A DNA stretch of 63,949 bases, filler included, from Raillietiella orientalis (taxonomy: Eukaryota): assembly GCA_036172245.1 (NCBI GenBank). It is 7 parts of 7 records of this genome, joined end to end, with 100 filler letters (N's around TTAATTAATTAA, not from the genome) between each part and the next. Parts side by side here need not be neighbours in the genome. Positions count along the whole stretch, not along the records: positions 19,357 to 28,887 come from JAYWIR010000280.1; positions 28,988 to 38,324 come from JAYWIR010000281.1; 5 more parts are not named here. The stretch is one strand, 5' to 3'. The notes under the pieces are model-generated. The model saw nothing but the letters and a program-made list of their open reading frames with translations, did no database searches and had not been told where the DNA came from. The position numbers were made by a program, and so were the translations under genes. Shown here one piece after another: positions 24,658 to 35,988 of the stretch (position 1 is its first letter; each line of letters starts with the position of its first letter).

Positions 24658-26571
24658 GTGGAAGTGACTGTGCCACCGAGGGAAATACCCGACAGCAGCA
24701 GCAGCAGCAGCGCCGAAGGACCCGAGGTGGAAGTCCTCCAAACAAGAAGTGCGGCAGCAACGGCAGCCGCAAGGAGGCACAAGGAAGAAGTGGAGCAGCC
24801 GTCGACCCCCATGGAAGAACACATGGAGGTAATATGCGGCAGTGGCGAGGAGGCAGCGGCGACGCCGAGGGTCGCGCCCGCGGCAGGCTTTGCTGCGCCG
24901 GCGGCGGCGATGCCGAGGGTCGTGCCCGCGGCGACGGCGATGGAGGTCGTGCCCGCGGCGGCGACGCCGAGGATCGCGCCCGCGGCGGGGAAGGTCGTGC
25001 CGGCGGCGGCGATGCCGAAGGTCCCGCCTACGGCGACATCGACGACGGCGACGACGAGGGTTGCGCCCGCGGTGGCGGCGGCGTCCCAGGCGGGAGCCGC
25101 GGGCGTCCACGCGGCGCACACAGGGCAAGGTGCGACGCCATCTTGCTCGGCGGCGGCGGCGAAACCGCCGTTTTCGTATGCGGCGGTGACGGCGGGGCAG
25201 GCCTCTGCCCTGCCAAACAGGAAATTCGGGAAGCCTGCGAGTGAGAACATCACTCGAACCAAAGAACCCATGGTGAAGTTGAGTCCAGCGTCCAAACCCA
25301 TCACCTTTAAAACCGGGCTGGTCCGGTTTAATAACATAAGGCAGGTGTATTGTGCGCTGTATAGGACAAATGTCGACTTTGATCGATTGCAGGCGATAAT
25401 CCCGAACTCAGCGGGATTCATCCTGTATACTGACTGCGAAGAGCTGCGGGAGGCCCTTATCGAAAAGGGCATCAACATTCAGGGGAAGATGGTGCAAGGC
25501 ATTGGCGAAATGCCTTACACGACAGTCTTCCTAAGTGGAATTGGCATCCTCACCGAGAGAGAAGCGATATGGGACTTCCTGTCCCAATACGGAGAAGTTC
25601 TGGAAATGAAGACCCAGAACATCTCCGGAGACATCTTCTCGGGCGAGTTGATCGCCAAAATTAAATTGAAGGACGGGGCGCAGATCCCAGGCAATGTCCA
25701 TATCGACGAATCGTCGCAAGACGTTTCCGTCAGATATAGGCAGCAGCCGATCTTTTGCACCGGCTGCAAAAATTTTGGCCACCGGATGGGCGCGTGCCCT
25801 AGGTCGCGCTGTTTCCGGTGCGGAAAGATGGGCCACGTGGTCCGAAATTGCACCATGCCCGAAGTTTGCTCGTTCTGCAAACAACCCGGGCATGCGAAAT
25901 GGAGTTGTCCGGAGTTTGCTAACTACCGGACAATCCGTGGAGAATCCCCCGTGAGGGAAAGGGTGCTAGCCGAGGTGATTAAACCTCAGCTAGCCAAACA
26001 AAAGAAGGTGAGGGAGGCAGCTCCGGTCTCGGCGGACGGGTTCGTCGAGATAGGGAAAAAGGGGAAGAGGAAGATGCTCGTGAGGGAGCAACAAACCCCC
26101 CCTACTCGTGAGGTTGCAGCAGTGGAAGGCGAGAAGATGGAGGTGACAGAGGAAGTGGTGAAGATGCCGGAACCCACCCCGGAGTCGCAGGAGGCCCTGC
26201 AACTCACCGAGGAGGTGGTCAAACTAGCGGAGGAGGTTCGTCAAGGCCAGACAGAGGCGCAACAGGAGCAACTCCTGACCCGCATCTCCGAGGCTCAAGA
26301 CGAAGTCAACCGTATGGTTGTGGAGCCGGAGCGAGAGAAGCTGGAGGCCCAGCTCTCGGAAGTCAAGGCGGTCTACTGCGCGACGGTCTCCCTGGAGACC
26401 CTCCCGCGCAAGGTGATCGCCAAGGCGGAACGCTCCGGAGAAGATCCCGAGTCGACCGACCACACCGGCACCGAGAGCGATGCCGGTAGCGAAAAACTCA
26501 CTTCTTCAACGGGGAAACTAAACAAGTCTTTCCAGCAGAAGAAGTTAAGGAAGGCGCGCAAGAACAAGTAG
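24658..26571 (+). CDS. ORF1, intact reading frame with Ala/Pro-rich N-terminus and three CCHC knuckles
   Basis: 637-aa ORF; frame open from 24631, first ATG at 24811; CTGCKNFGHRMGAC, CFRCGKMGHVVRNC, CSFCKQPGHAKWSC. Confidence 0.9.
   Translation: MEVTVPPREIPDSSSSSSAEGPEVEVLQTRSAAATAAARRHKEEVEQPSTPMEEHMEVICGSGEEAAATPRVAPAAGFAAPAAAMPRVVPAATAMEVVPAAATPRIAPAAGKVVPAAAMPKVPPTATSTTATTRVAPAVAAASQAGAAGVHAAHTGQGATPSCSAAAAKPPFSYAAVTAGQASALPNRKFGKPASENITRTKEPMVKLSPASKPITFKTGLVRFNNIRQVYCALYRTNVDFDRLQAIIPNSAGFILYTDCEELREALIEKGINIQGKMVQGIGEMPYTTVFLSGIGILTEREAIWDFLSQYGEVLEMKTQNISGDIFSGELIAKIKLKDGAQIPGNVHIDESSQDVSVRYRQQPIFCTGCKNFGHRMGACPRSRCFRCGKMGHVVRNCTMPEVCSFCKQPGHAKWSCPEFANYRTIRGESPVRERVLAEVIKPQLAKQKKVREAAPVSADGFVEIGKKGKRKMLVREQQTPPTREVAAVEGEKMEVTEEVVKMPEPTPESQEALQLTEEVVKLAEEVRQGQTEAQQEQLLTRISEAQDEVNRMVVEPEREKLEAQLSEVKAVYCATVSLETLPRKVIAKAERSGEDPESTDHTGTESDAGSEKLTSSTGKLNKSFQQKKLRKARKNK
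24850..25095 (+). repeat. imperfect ~27-bp coding tandem repeat (AATPRVAPA-like)
   Basis: recurring GCGGCGACGCCGAGGGTCGCGCCCGCG variants. Confidence 0.75.
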
Positions 26572-26587
26572 AACTCTCTCCCCTTTC

Positions 26588-28887
26588 ATGGCCTCGTCGC
26601 TGTCCAATGCCAGGAGGATTAACATCGCCTCCTGGAATGTGAATGGACTGACGGACCAGGGAAAGAGAAAAAGTGTCAAGCGGACCATCGCAAGACAGGA
26701 TGTGGTGTGCCTACAAAAAATCCACCGTCTCGGGCAGCAGAACGCCCTAGAGATGGAACGCCGATTCGACGGACAACTGTTTGCCAGCGAGGGACAGAAG
26801 AAGACCATGGGGGTGGCGATCCTCATCAAGAACGAGCTCGTCCACACCATTTTGGAAACCTTCTGTCCGGTACCTGGCAGAGTAATCGGCGTGCGACTGT
26901 CCTGGTCCAGTAACGTTCACCTCTTCCTGGTGAACGTCTACGGACCGCACAAGATCAAGCATCGGTGCGCGGAGAAACTGCAAGAAGAACTCCGCAAACG
27001 AGTGGCACCGAAGGACATAGTCATCGTCGCTGGGGATTTCAACATCCTTGATGAAATCAAGTATTCTCAGGATGCAAGGGGAAGAGCGGCGTATCGGCGG
27101 CTATCCGACGAGTTCGGACTTTTGTGGCGAACAGCTAGCCACAAGCCGATCGATCACGTCCTCCACAGTGCGGAGATAGACAACCGCATCCAGGGTTTTC
27201 GCGACATTCCACATCTGTTGTCCGATCACCCATTGGTACGGTTTACACTCCGCACTGAAAATCCCCGTAGGGAAAAGGCCACCAGGGCGGCGCTCATCTG
27301 CATGCCCGCCTGGTTCGAAACGCTTCCCTGTCACCAGGAGGTCATCGAGGCGATTCTGCGGGACACCACCATCCGCAGAGTCGCCGACTGGGACAGGTTG
27401 AAGCACAGGATCCATCTGTTCTGCAATATGCAGTATTTTTGCAAGCGCATGAGGCAGGAAGCGTACCGGGAGCTGAACATCCAAGATCGCTCCCTCTCGA
27501 AGTACTTCGATCAGTACGAGAGTCGGTACGTCTTCCAGAACGAGAGTCAAGGATGCAGATATCTTCTGCATCCAGTGCGACGGCCAAGAGCGGCACACGT
27601 CGGAGGATATCGCGAAAGCCTTTCACAGGCATTACGCGAGACACTTCCGACGACAAGATCTCTGCCGCTCGAGTCAGCAAGCCTTCCTGGGTTACCTCGA
27701 GAAGAGGACGGACGACCTCCAAAGAAGTAGACTGGAGGAGGAGTTCTCCGAAGAAGAAGTGAAGACTGCGTTTGGACAGCTTCGCAAGGATGTGGCAGCA
27801 GGCCCTGATAGTGTACCCATCTCGCACTATCAGCGGTACCTGCACGCCTACCTGCGTTTGTTCCACCAGTTGACACTGTGCATCCGAGAAGAAGGACGAC
27901 TTCCGGAATCCTTCTACGAGAGCAGTATGAGATTGCTGTTAAAAGGAGGCGATCTCACGCAGATCGCTCAATGGAGGCCGATCTCGATCCTAAACTCAGA
28001 TGCCAAGTGGTTGGCGAAGATCTGGTCCAACCGCTTAGGCAGGGTCATGTCGAGGCTGATCTCTCCGGTCCAGACGTGTGCAGTCCCAGGACGACACATG
28101 TCTGACAATGTCAAGTGCGCCCAGGCCACCGTCGGACTCAGCCGATACGTCGGCGAGAACCTGGTGCTGGTGTTCACTGACATGGAGAAGGCCTTCGACT
28201 CCATCGACCACGGGATGCTGCTGAAGGTTCTGGAGAAGCTAGGGCTTCCGGAACACTTCAGCAACTTCGTGAGGGCGGTACTCCAAAACCAGTACTGCCG
28301 TATCAAAATCAACGGCCAAGAGACGGCAGCAATTAGGATGGAACGAGGAGTCCGGCAGGGCGACTCGCTAAGTCCAATGCTGTTCGTCATATACATGGAG
28401 GCGCTGTCTTCTTACATCGAGAGAAGCGGTCGTCTATCAGGGATTTCCATTGATGGTCAGCACCTGACCCATCTGGCATACGCAGATGATCTCCTCTTCT
28501 TCATCAAGGGAGAGATGAGTCAACGAGCGTTCCTGGATGTGGTCGACCTCATGGAACAGGGACTGGGCTTGAAAATCAACGCCCAAAAGAGCCAGCTTTT
28601 GCCCGTCGGAATCCTGAACCTCTCCACTCTCACGGGGAATGGATTCCGCACGGTGGAGACGGCCAAGTACCTGGGAGTCTACATCGGCGACGACTCTGCG
28701 TCGAAGCTGCTGTGGACGGAAATCCTGGGGAAAACGGCCAAAGAAGCAGCAAAGTACACCCGAGCGGACTTTAACATGAAGCGAAGAGCCAACCTGTGGA
28801 ACGGAGTACTTCTTCCAAAGGTACTCTTCGGGGCGGCCTTCGCAAGAATGAATAAAGATACCACGAGGGAAGTAGAAAAGCTGCAAA
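26588..28887 (+). pseudogene. ORF2 EN-RT, frameshifting deletion near 27540, catalytic LQE changed to LQK; 3' partial
   Basis: ORFs 26588..27730 and 27759..; comparison with E10. Confidence 0.87.
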
Positions 28888-28987
28888 NNNNNNNNNNNNN
28901 NNNNNNNNNNNNNNNNNNNNNNNNNNNNNNNTTAATTAATTAANNNNNNNNNNNNNNNNNNNNNNNNNNNNNNNNNNNNNNNNNNNN
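28888..28987. other. artificial contig linker
   Basis: same 100-nt linker. Confidence 0.99.
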
Positions 28988-31900
28988 GATGCTTGCAGTC
29001 CTTGCGCTTAGGGACAGCCCGCTCGGCGTGAAGATTCGTCGCAGCAAGTCTCTTGCGGTGTCCACAAGATGCATTAGTGCTGTTGTTAGCCTACGCCACG
29101 GTCCTTGTAGGAAACCGCAGTCCAGAAGTAGGTGCGGAATCGACTCCGTCGATCCGCACCGAACGCAGTTCGCAGACGCAAGTCCCCCGCAGTCACGATG
29201 CCAACGCTCGTTGCACTGAAAACCCCAGTGAACGAAAAGCAGCACGGCTTGTTTCCAAACAAGGGGGAGCAGCGAACTGTCAATACTCTGTTAAGGGACT
29301 ACAAGTTCTTCGGGGGTGACAGCAAGTTCTTCTGCCCACCGGAGGAGTCCCATTGCAGTAGCACGAGGAGTGGCGGCGTCCGCCAACTCACTCGTCTTCC
29401 AGGCTCCAAGGAGTTTGGTTTTTCCCGCTATCGTGCAGGAAACCTCCCACCTCGCCGGTTGGTAACTGTCGTTTCTTGCCATGAGGGCAGACAGCGCTGC
29501 GACAAGAGGCGTGGCAGCCATGGTAGAAAACCTCACCTCGTCCTGCAGTACTTCTTCCAAGGATCGTAAAAAAAATTGGCGCAGGGGACAAAGAATTTCA
29601 GGGCGTATTACTTGGAACGCCGCCCAGGATTCAACAGACTCCTTCTGCCAAGCTTCAAAGTTCATTGGGCGGCGGGAGACCCACGACTGAGCTTCCAGAA
29701 GTGCGGTCAACTGCCGCAAAGGAAACCCGAGACCCCGCTTCCTGTATTGAGTGCCCGGCAAAAGCGAGAGCAGTACTCCGCTGCCGGCGCATCTTCGCAG
29801 GAGAATGCGCGCAGGCAAACACAGGGGAGATGTACACAGCTGGGCACACAGTGCCAGCAGTCGGAACTGCACCTGCAGTCCGATTCGCTCCATTGACAGG
29901 ATACCGAAACCAAAATCCTGACGTGGAGCACCCAAGTCTTCAAGGCGGATCCTGGGTCTCCCCGGACCCCAGAAAGCGTTTCTAAGCACGCGTTCAGCCC
30001 GCTGTTTTGCCGCAGAGGGGGGGTCCAAAACATAAAACAGGGGACGGAGGAGGGGGGCCACAAAGGTGTTCCAAAGAGTCGCCCGTTCCTGCGAGGTAAA
30101 CTTGCCGTTGATGAACGGGCTGACAACCAACTCTGCTTTCTGAAGGCAGTCCGACCACCCTTCGGCTGCGCCGAGATCGCGCCACAAAACGCAATGGTAC
30201 TCAAAGTACCCGCCCGTGGGGATCCCCAGGCGGATCCAGTCGGACTGCCCCTCCCACGACGTACCCACAGGAACGACCATGCTCTTCTCTCTGTTCACGC
30301 TCACGCCCGCTCCCCGACGCATCAGGTCGAAGAAATCCTCGACACTGGATGCCGGGTGGACATGGGGAGCAGAAGAAGCAGGTCATCAGCGTAGGCGGCC
30401 ACGGCAGGCGTTCCCGGGCAGGAGCTTGGCAAGTGAGACAGCGTCATTCTGTATGCTCTAAGCACCAACTCAAACAAGATGCTGAAGAGCAACGGGCTGA
30501 AGCTATCACCTTGCCGAATGCCTCTGCGCACGGGAATACCGCACACGCGGCAGTTGCTGAAAGAAATACAGGTTAGCGCGTGACGCCAGCAAGCGTGCAA
30601 ATAAAGCAGTAGATGCGCCGGAAATCCAAGGCGTTCCATAAGCCTTAATAGCAGCTTCTGCTTTACGCAGTCGTACGCCTTGTGGAGATCGACCGCGACC
30701 ACCAAGGCGCCTGGCGTTCGCTCCTGCCGTCGGCGCCTGTTCTTCTTGCCTGCAACAGTGACTTTCGCAGCTGCCTGGCTTTCCAGCGCCACAACTTCCT
30801 GCAGCTGCATCCATGTACGCGCGAAAAGGATGTTCGCCTCCAAGGATCGTCTTGGAACCGCGTAGGTTTGTTCCGGGCTCACTACAGATTCCGCGATACT
30901 TCCTAACCGCGCGACCCACAGCTTGGATTTCAACTTCACGTCCAAATTCACCAAGGTGATCGGACGCCAGTTGTTAAGTTGACGCAAGTCTCCGTCTTTC
31001 GGCAGGAGACGCACCTTCGCTGAGCGGAAGGAATCCGGGACATTCCCGGATTCACTCATCAGCGTCGTTAGTCTCAGCCTCAAGGGAATGAGCCTCACTG
31101 CAAAGCACTGATAAAACTCTGCAGGGAGCCCATCCTCGCCTGGCGCCTTTCGTCTCTTCAGCCCTGCGATGGCGGACGAATATTCATTTGCCGTGAAGGG
31201 CTCGTTGAGACGTTCGCGTTCCTCCTCGCCGACAACACGAGCATCCTGAGACAGGAGTATCTCAAAGAGAATATCCTCCGTCGGTGATTACGCGTACAGC
31301 GAGGAGTAGTAGCGATTGACAATGCGGCGTTCTTTTCATCGGCGGATCGCTCGTGGTTTTTTGCGAGTTTTTGCGGACGACGCTTTTATTTGCCGCTGCG
31401 GCTTTTCGTGCAGTGGTCTCTTGAACCCGACGAATTTCCGCTGCGGCTCTTTTTCTTACAAGTACCGGGCACTTTTTGATTTAGTGCCCGGAATCTTTGC
31501 AATAGCGGCATCTTGGAGTAAGACACCCTTTAGTTCGGTGCCCCTCCTTGCCGCACTGCTCGCACGCGCGACTCTGGCCTATGAACCACAGGTGAACGAC
31601 CGTGCCGTTCACCTGCAGCTGCTCAGGCGCAACACGCCTGTTCGCAATGGTGATCCGCGCGGCAGCTTCTCCAATGTGGACAGAGGGGGAATCCTTTAGA
31701 GGATTTGGCCTCCTCCACAGAGCGTGCACGGTGGCGAAATTCGCCAGCACACTTACGACATCGCGGTCGGAGATTTCCGGTTCGATGTCGCACAATTGAA
31801 CGACAAAAGAGTCGTCCATCGCGGTAGGTAGGACTTCCTTGCCATTGATGGTCAACGGCGTACGGAGAAGGCGCTGCACAAGTGCTGCGTTCTTGCACCA

Positions 31901-32333
31901 AATCTTCGTATATTCCAACCTGCCAGCAGGCATCATGGCAAGGAGTTCCTCCTCGCGAACGCCTATCCGGACGAGCTCATCTTTGAGCTCACGACCGATT
32001 CTCCCGTTAAGTGGCCCACTGACCTTATAACGGAGTGCAGGCATGTATCCTGATGACACATATGCCTGCAACTCCGCATCGCAGGGTCCTGGTCTTTGGG
32101 AGGTAACAACGGCGTAACTCCTCACCGGGGGCGAGGAAATCATTACGGAGGATGCGACCACTTCTAGTGCAGCTGAAGTGCATCCAGTGGCTTGCTCCTT
32201 TACACTATACTGTATACTGTCCATGTTGCACTATGCTACTTGGCAGATTGCACAGGAACACAAAAGTGCGAGCGAAAACGCAGGCACAAAGTTGCCCGAT
32301 CGTTGGCGCGGATAGACGCGGAAACACGTCTGC
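28988..32333 (-). mobile_element. E12: L1/Tx1 element with ORF1 (31481..32224) joined at ~31330 to ORF2 linker/RT/C-terminus (EN absent)
   Basis: CEQCGKEGHRTKGC; NWRPITL, DLHKAYD, GIRQGDSFSP, YADD, CVRCGSTESIPHLLLDC; 5' GCAGACGTG at 32333. Confidence 0.87.
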
Positions 32334-33645
32334 ACTGTACGAGCCCAAGAGATCAAACGGATCTCCGGAGGGCGGCTATGCTACAGGTGTGGGAGAGCGA
32401 AAAGTTGCGGTGTAGCCTACCTGCTTCGGACAGCCGTCGAGGCCGCGGCTCGGGGCGTACGGTTCGACGATCACGGTCGTGTCGGCCAGCTGACTCTCAG
32501 GTGGTCCGACTCGATCGATCTGATCGTCACGAACGTGTACGCACCGAGCTGCGCGGACCTGATGAACAGGAGTGCGAGGAAAGAGTTTTTCCTTGCCCTC
32601 CGGCGAGACTGGCTGACCGAAGCAGGCGTGCGGAATGACCATCTGGTTGCAGGCGATTTCAACGTTCGCCTGAAACCAGATGGGCAGAATCCCGAGCGTG
32701 ACCTGGTCAACGAGGTGTGCATGGCGGTGCACACCTGTAATTTGTTGGCCAGTGCACCGGGGATGGAAGACAGCATTGACCACGTGTTTCTTGACGAGCA
32801 CCTGTGCCCTCGCGTGGACAGGCGCGGCAAGTTACCGTGCGAGCTGTCCGACCATCGCCCGCTAGTCCTCGAGATCCATCCGCGCGACAGGGGCCCCCCT
32901 CGTCAGCGTGGCGTCTACCAGGGGACTGGCTGAAGCTCCCGAACGCGGCGGAACATCAACGCACGTTCATACGGAGCTTCAGGCTGCGGACACTCCAGGA
33001 TTGGGACCGCTTCAAGCGGTCGGTACAGTTCTGCGACCAGTTCCCTCTGCACAGCCTACCTACGGGTTTTGGGACCGGGATCCGTAACGAACGAGCCTAC
33101 CTGCAGGCCGTCGTTACGCCAGGACCCCCGACATCCGCAGGCTGGCGGAATACAAAGCGGTAGCCGAGAGGCAAGCCTGGAAGTCTGGATCGGCCAGCTT
33201 ACTTGACGATCAGGGCCAGGAGCACTCGGCACCTGCCCAAATCCGCGGCCTGCTGCGGAGTTACTACTCCTCCCTGTATGCCAGGGCACCTCCGGAGAGG
33301 AACGTCTCACGACTCCTGCTTCCGGAAGGCACTCCAGCGATCGGGGAGGAGCATAGAAAGACCCTTGACGAGCCTTCCACGATGGACGAGATCCTCTCGG
33401 CCATCGGAAAGCTCAAGAGGCGAAAGGCTCCAGGGGAGAACAGCCTGCCCGCGGAGTTTTATCAAACTTTCGCGGCTGAGCTCACCCCCCTGGTACAGCA
33501 ACTCACCTTGCTGATACGCGAAACAGGTGACGTTTCCGCCTCGTTTCGTTCGGCAAAGGTGCGGCTCCTTCCTAAGGGAGGAGATCTGAGGAGCATGAAC
33601 AACTGGCGTCCCATCAAAATAGTGAATGCGGACGCCAAGTTGCTA
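32334..33645 (+). mobile_element. E13: internal ORF2 fragment (EN to RT NADAKLL), cut by insertions on both sides
   Basis: NVYAP, GDFN, IDH, SDH, KAPGENSLP, NWRPIKIVNADAKLL. Confidence 0.87.
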
Positions 33646-35988
33646 GTTGCCACCCAGTCACGCCGGGGCGTTTATTAAAAATTCTTTTTGATTCGTAGTA
33701 CGAGGCCCCACTACGGCCAACTCAACTGGACCTGCCGGGTCGCCGGTACGCAGACCGGCGCGACTCTCCTCGGCAGCGGAAGGGGGTGGGGGAAAAAACA
33801 AAAAGAAAAATAAAACATAAAAACAAAAAGATTTGGGAGGGTTGGGGAGGGATCACTGACCACTGAGAAGAGGGTCCATCCTTCGCAGGATGCCCTTGAG
33901 GTCCGTCCGTATAATTCCCAGGTGGGGCCATCTGGTCACAATCCGCAGGTAGCGGACTGCAAGTACGACGGCATCCCTGTCGTGACTCGGTCTTTCGACG
34001 TTGCTCCAGCACGTCACAATCCCGCGTACGCAACAAAGTGCAGCCAGGGCAGCGGCTGGACGCAGGGCATCATGCAAGAACAGAAGCCGAAAAACGTCTC
34101 TGGACTGGCTGCCCTCCTGGATCCGTAGGGAGGCACGAAGACGTTCCCACAGGGGTCGGAGGGCAGCACAATCAACAAGGAGGTGGGGGAGAGTTTCCCG
34201 TTCCCCACACCTGATGCAGGTAGGATCTACTCGACCCCTGGTCCAGTGATGGCGGCGTGCGTTGCAGGGTAGACCCCAATGCAACAACAGAAGCGCCGAC
34301 TTCTGTTACTTCAGGAGGAGGATCCTAGATCCAATTAATACCGGGGGCCACTTCAGGTCATCCGGCTGGATGCCGAGTAGCTCGCCCCATCTCTGCAGTC
34401 CTCTCGGCTGGACACTAGGGGTACTGGCGTCCGCCAGTTCACCCGTGGACCAGGCGCTAAACAACTTCTCCTTGCCTGCGATGCGACAGGAGACTTGCCA
34501 CCTAGGCTTGCGGCTACTCGAGAGCGCCCTCCTCAGGAAGGGCATTGCCGTAGCTAGGGGGGTTGTCTCTGCCCACGTGCTTCTCGCGGGACACTGGAGT
34601 ATCTTCAGCAGAGTGCAGAGGGAATAGGCGCCGCGTCGCACGCAGTTCCACATCTCTCCGTTCTGCTGGTTTATCTTCGCCCACGTGCCAGCTGTCTCCT
34701 CCAGCCATGAGGAGGAGTTGGCGGGGCTGCATACCATCCAGCCGTTTTCCTTAGCCAGAGTTGCCATGCGTCCCAGGAGAAGTCCGCATCTCTTGATCTT
34801 CCTGCCACGGCACAGAAGATTGGACGCGAGACCCTCCGTTCCGGATACACGGCTGGCCGGAACGCACCAAGAAGTGCTCCATAACTTCGCTGCGATGGCG
34901 AGGGTTCGCCACCGCAGCTGAATCTCTACTCGCTCCATCGTCAAGAGGCCGAGACCGCCATCCCGACGTAGAGCACACAAGTCCTTCAACGGGACTCGGG
35001 GCCTCCCTCTTCCCCAAAGGGCAATTCTCAGGAGGTCCTTTGTCCGTTTTTTCAACTCACTGGGGACGGGGCAAACAAAAAGCAGGGGGCGGAGGATAGG
35101 AGCCGCGAACGCGTTCCATACCGCGGCCCGTTCCGGAAGGAGAAACTTGTCTTCCAAGAACGGGCCGATCGCCATTTACACTTTTTGGAGGCAGCCAGAC
35201 CACGCTTTCGCAGGGGAGTAGTCCCCCAACGGCACACCAAGGTACTTCAAGCACCTCGCCGTGGGAATCCCCAAGCGGACCCAGTCCTGCTGCCCAGCCC
35301 ACGCCGCACCGACTGGAACCACCGTCGACTTCGCCCTGTTCACCGTAAGTCCGGTACCGCGGCTAAGCAGATCGAAGAAATCCCCGATCGCCTTCGCCGG
35401 GGTGGACATCGGCAACAGAAGTAAAAGATCCTCGGCGTATGATGCTACGGCGGGCGTGCCGGGGCACGAGCTCGGCAAGGGGGGCCAAAGTCACCCTGTA
35501 CGCTCTCAGCACCCACTCAAAGTAGGTGCTAAAGAGCAGGGGACTGAGGCTGTCGCCCTGGCGTATGCCCCGCCGCACCGGCACGCCATACAGCTTTTGA
35601 CCGCTGAAAGAGACGGTAATCATCGCATTCCGCCAGCAAGAGCGCAGGTAGGAAATCAGGGAGGGTGATAAGCCCAAGCGACCGAGGAGCTCCAAGAGGA
35701 GTTCCTGGTCTACACAGTCGAACGCCTTGTGGAGGTCGACTGCGAGTGCTAGGGCCCCCTTCCCCGCCCGGAAGTCCCTTCCCAGCCTGACTGGCGGCCC
35801 CAATGTGTTGTTGCCGACTTTCTTTATCCCTTTCTTTTCTCTTCTCTGCAGGTGCACCCATGTGCTTGCGAAGAAGAGGTTGGCATCCATACTTCGCCCG
35901 GGAACCGCATAAGTCTGCTCCGGGCTAATTACGGATTCTGCCACCTGCCCCAGACGCGAAGCTCATAGCCCTGCTATCAACTTGGCGT
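33646..35988 (-). mobile_element. E14: family A 3' half (RT AKLI to 3' hairpin)
   Basis: DLHKAFD, GIRQGDSLSP, YAED, near identity to E1 including 3'UTR. Confidence 0.92.

Larger units (their letters stand above)
24639..28887 (+). mobile_element. E11: second family D element, ORF1 plus ORF2 (3' end cut by contig edge)
   Basis: collinear homolog of E10, starting immediately after the U4 sequence. Confidence 0.92.
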
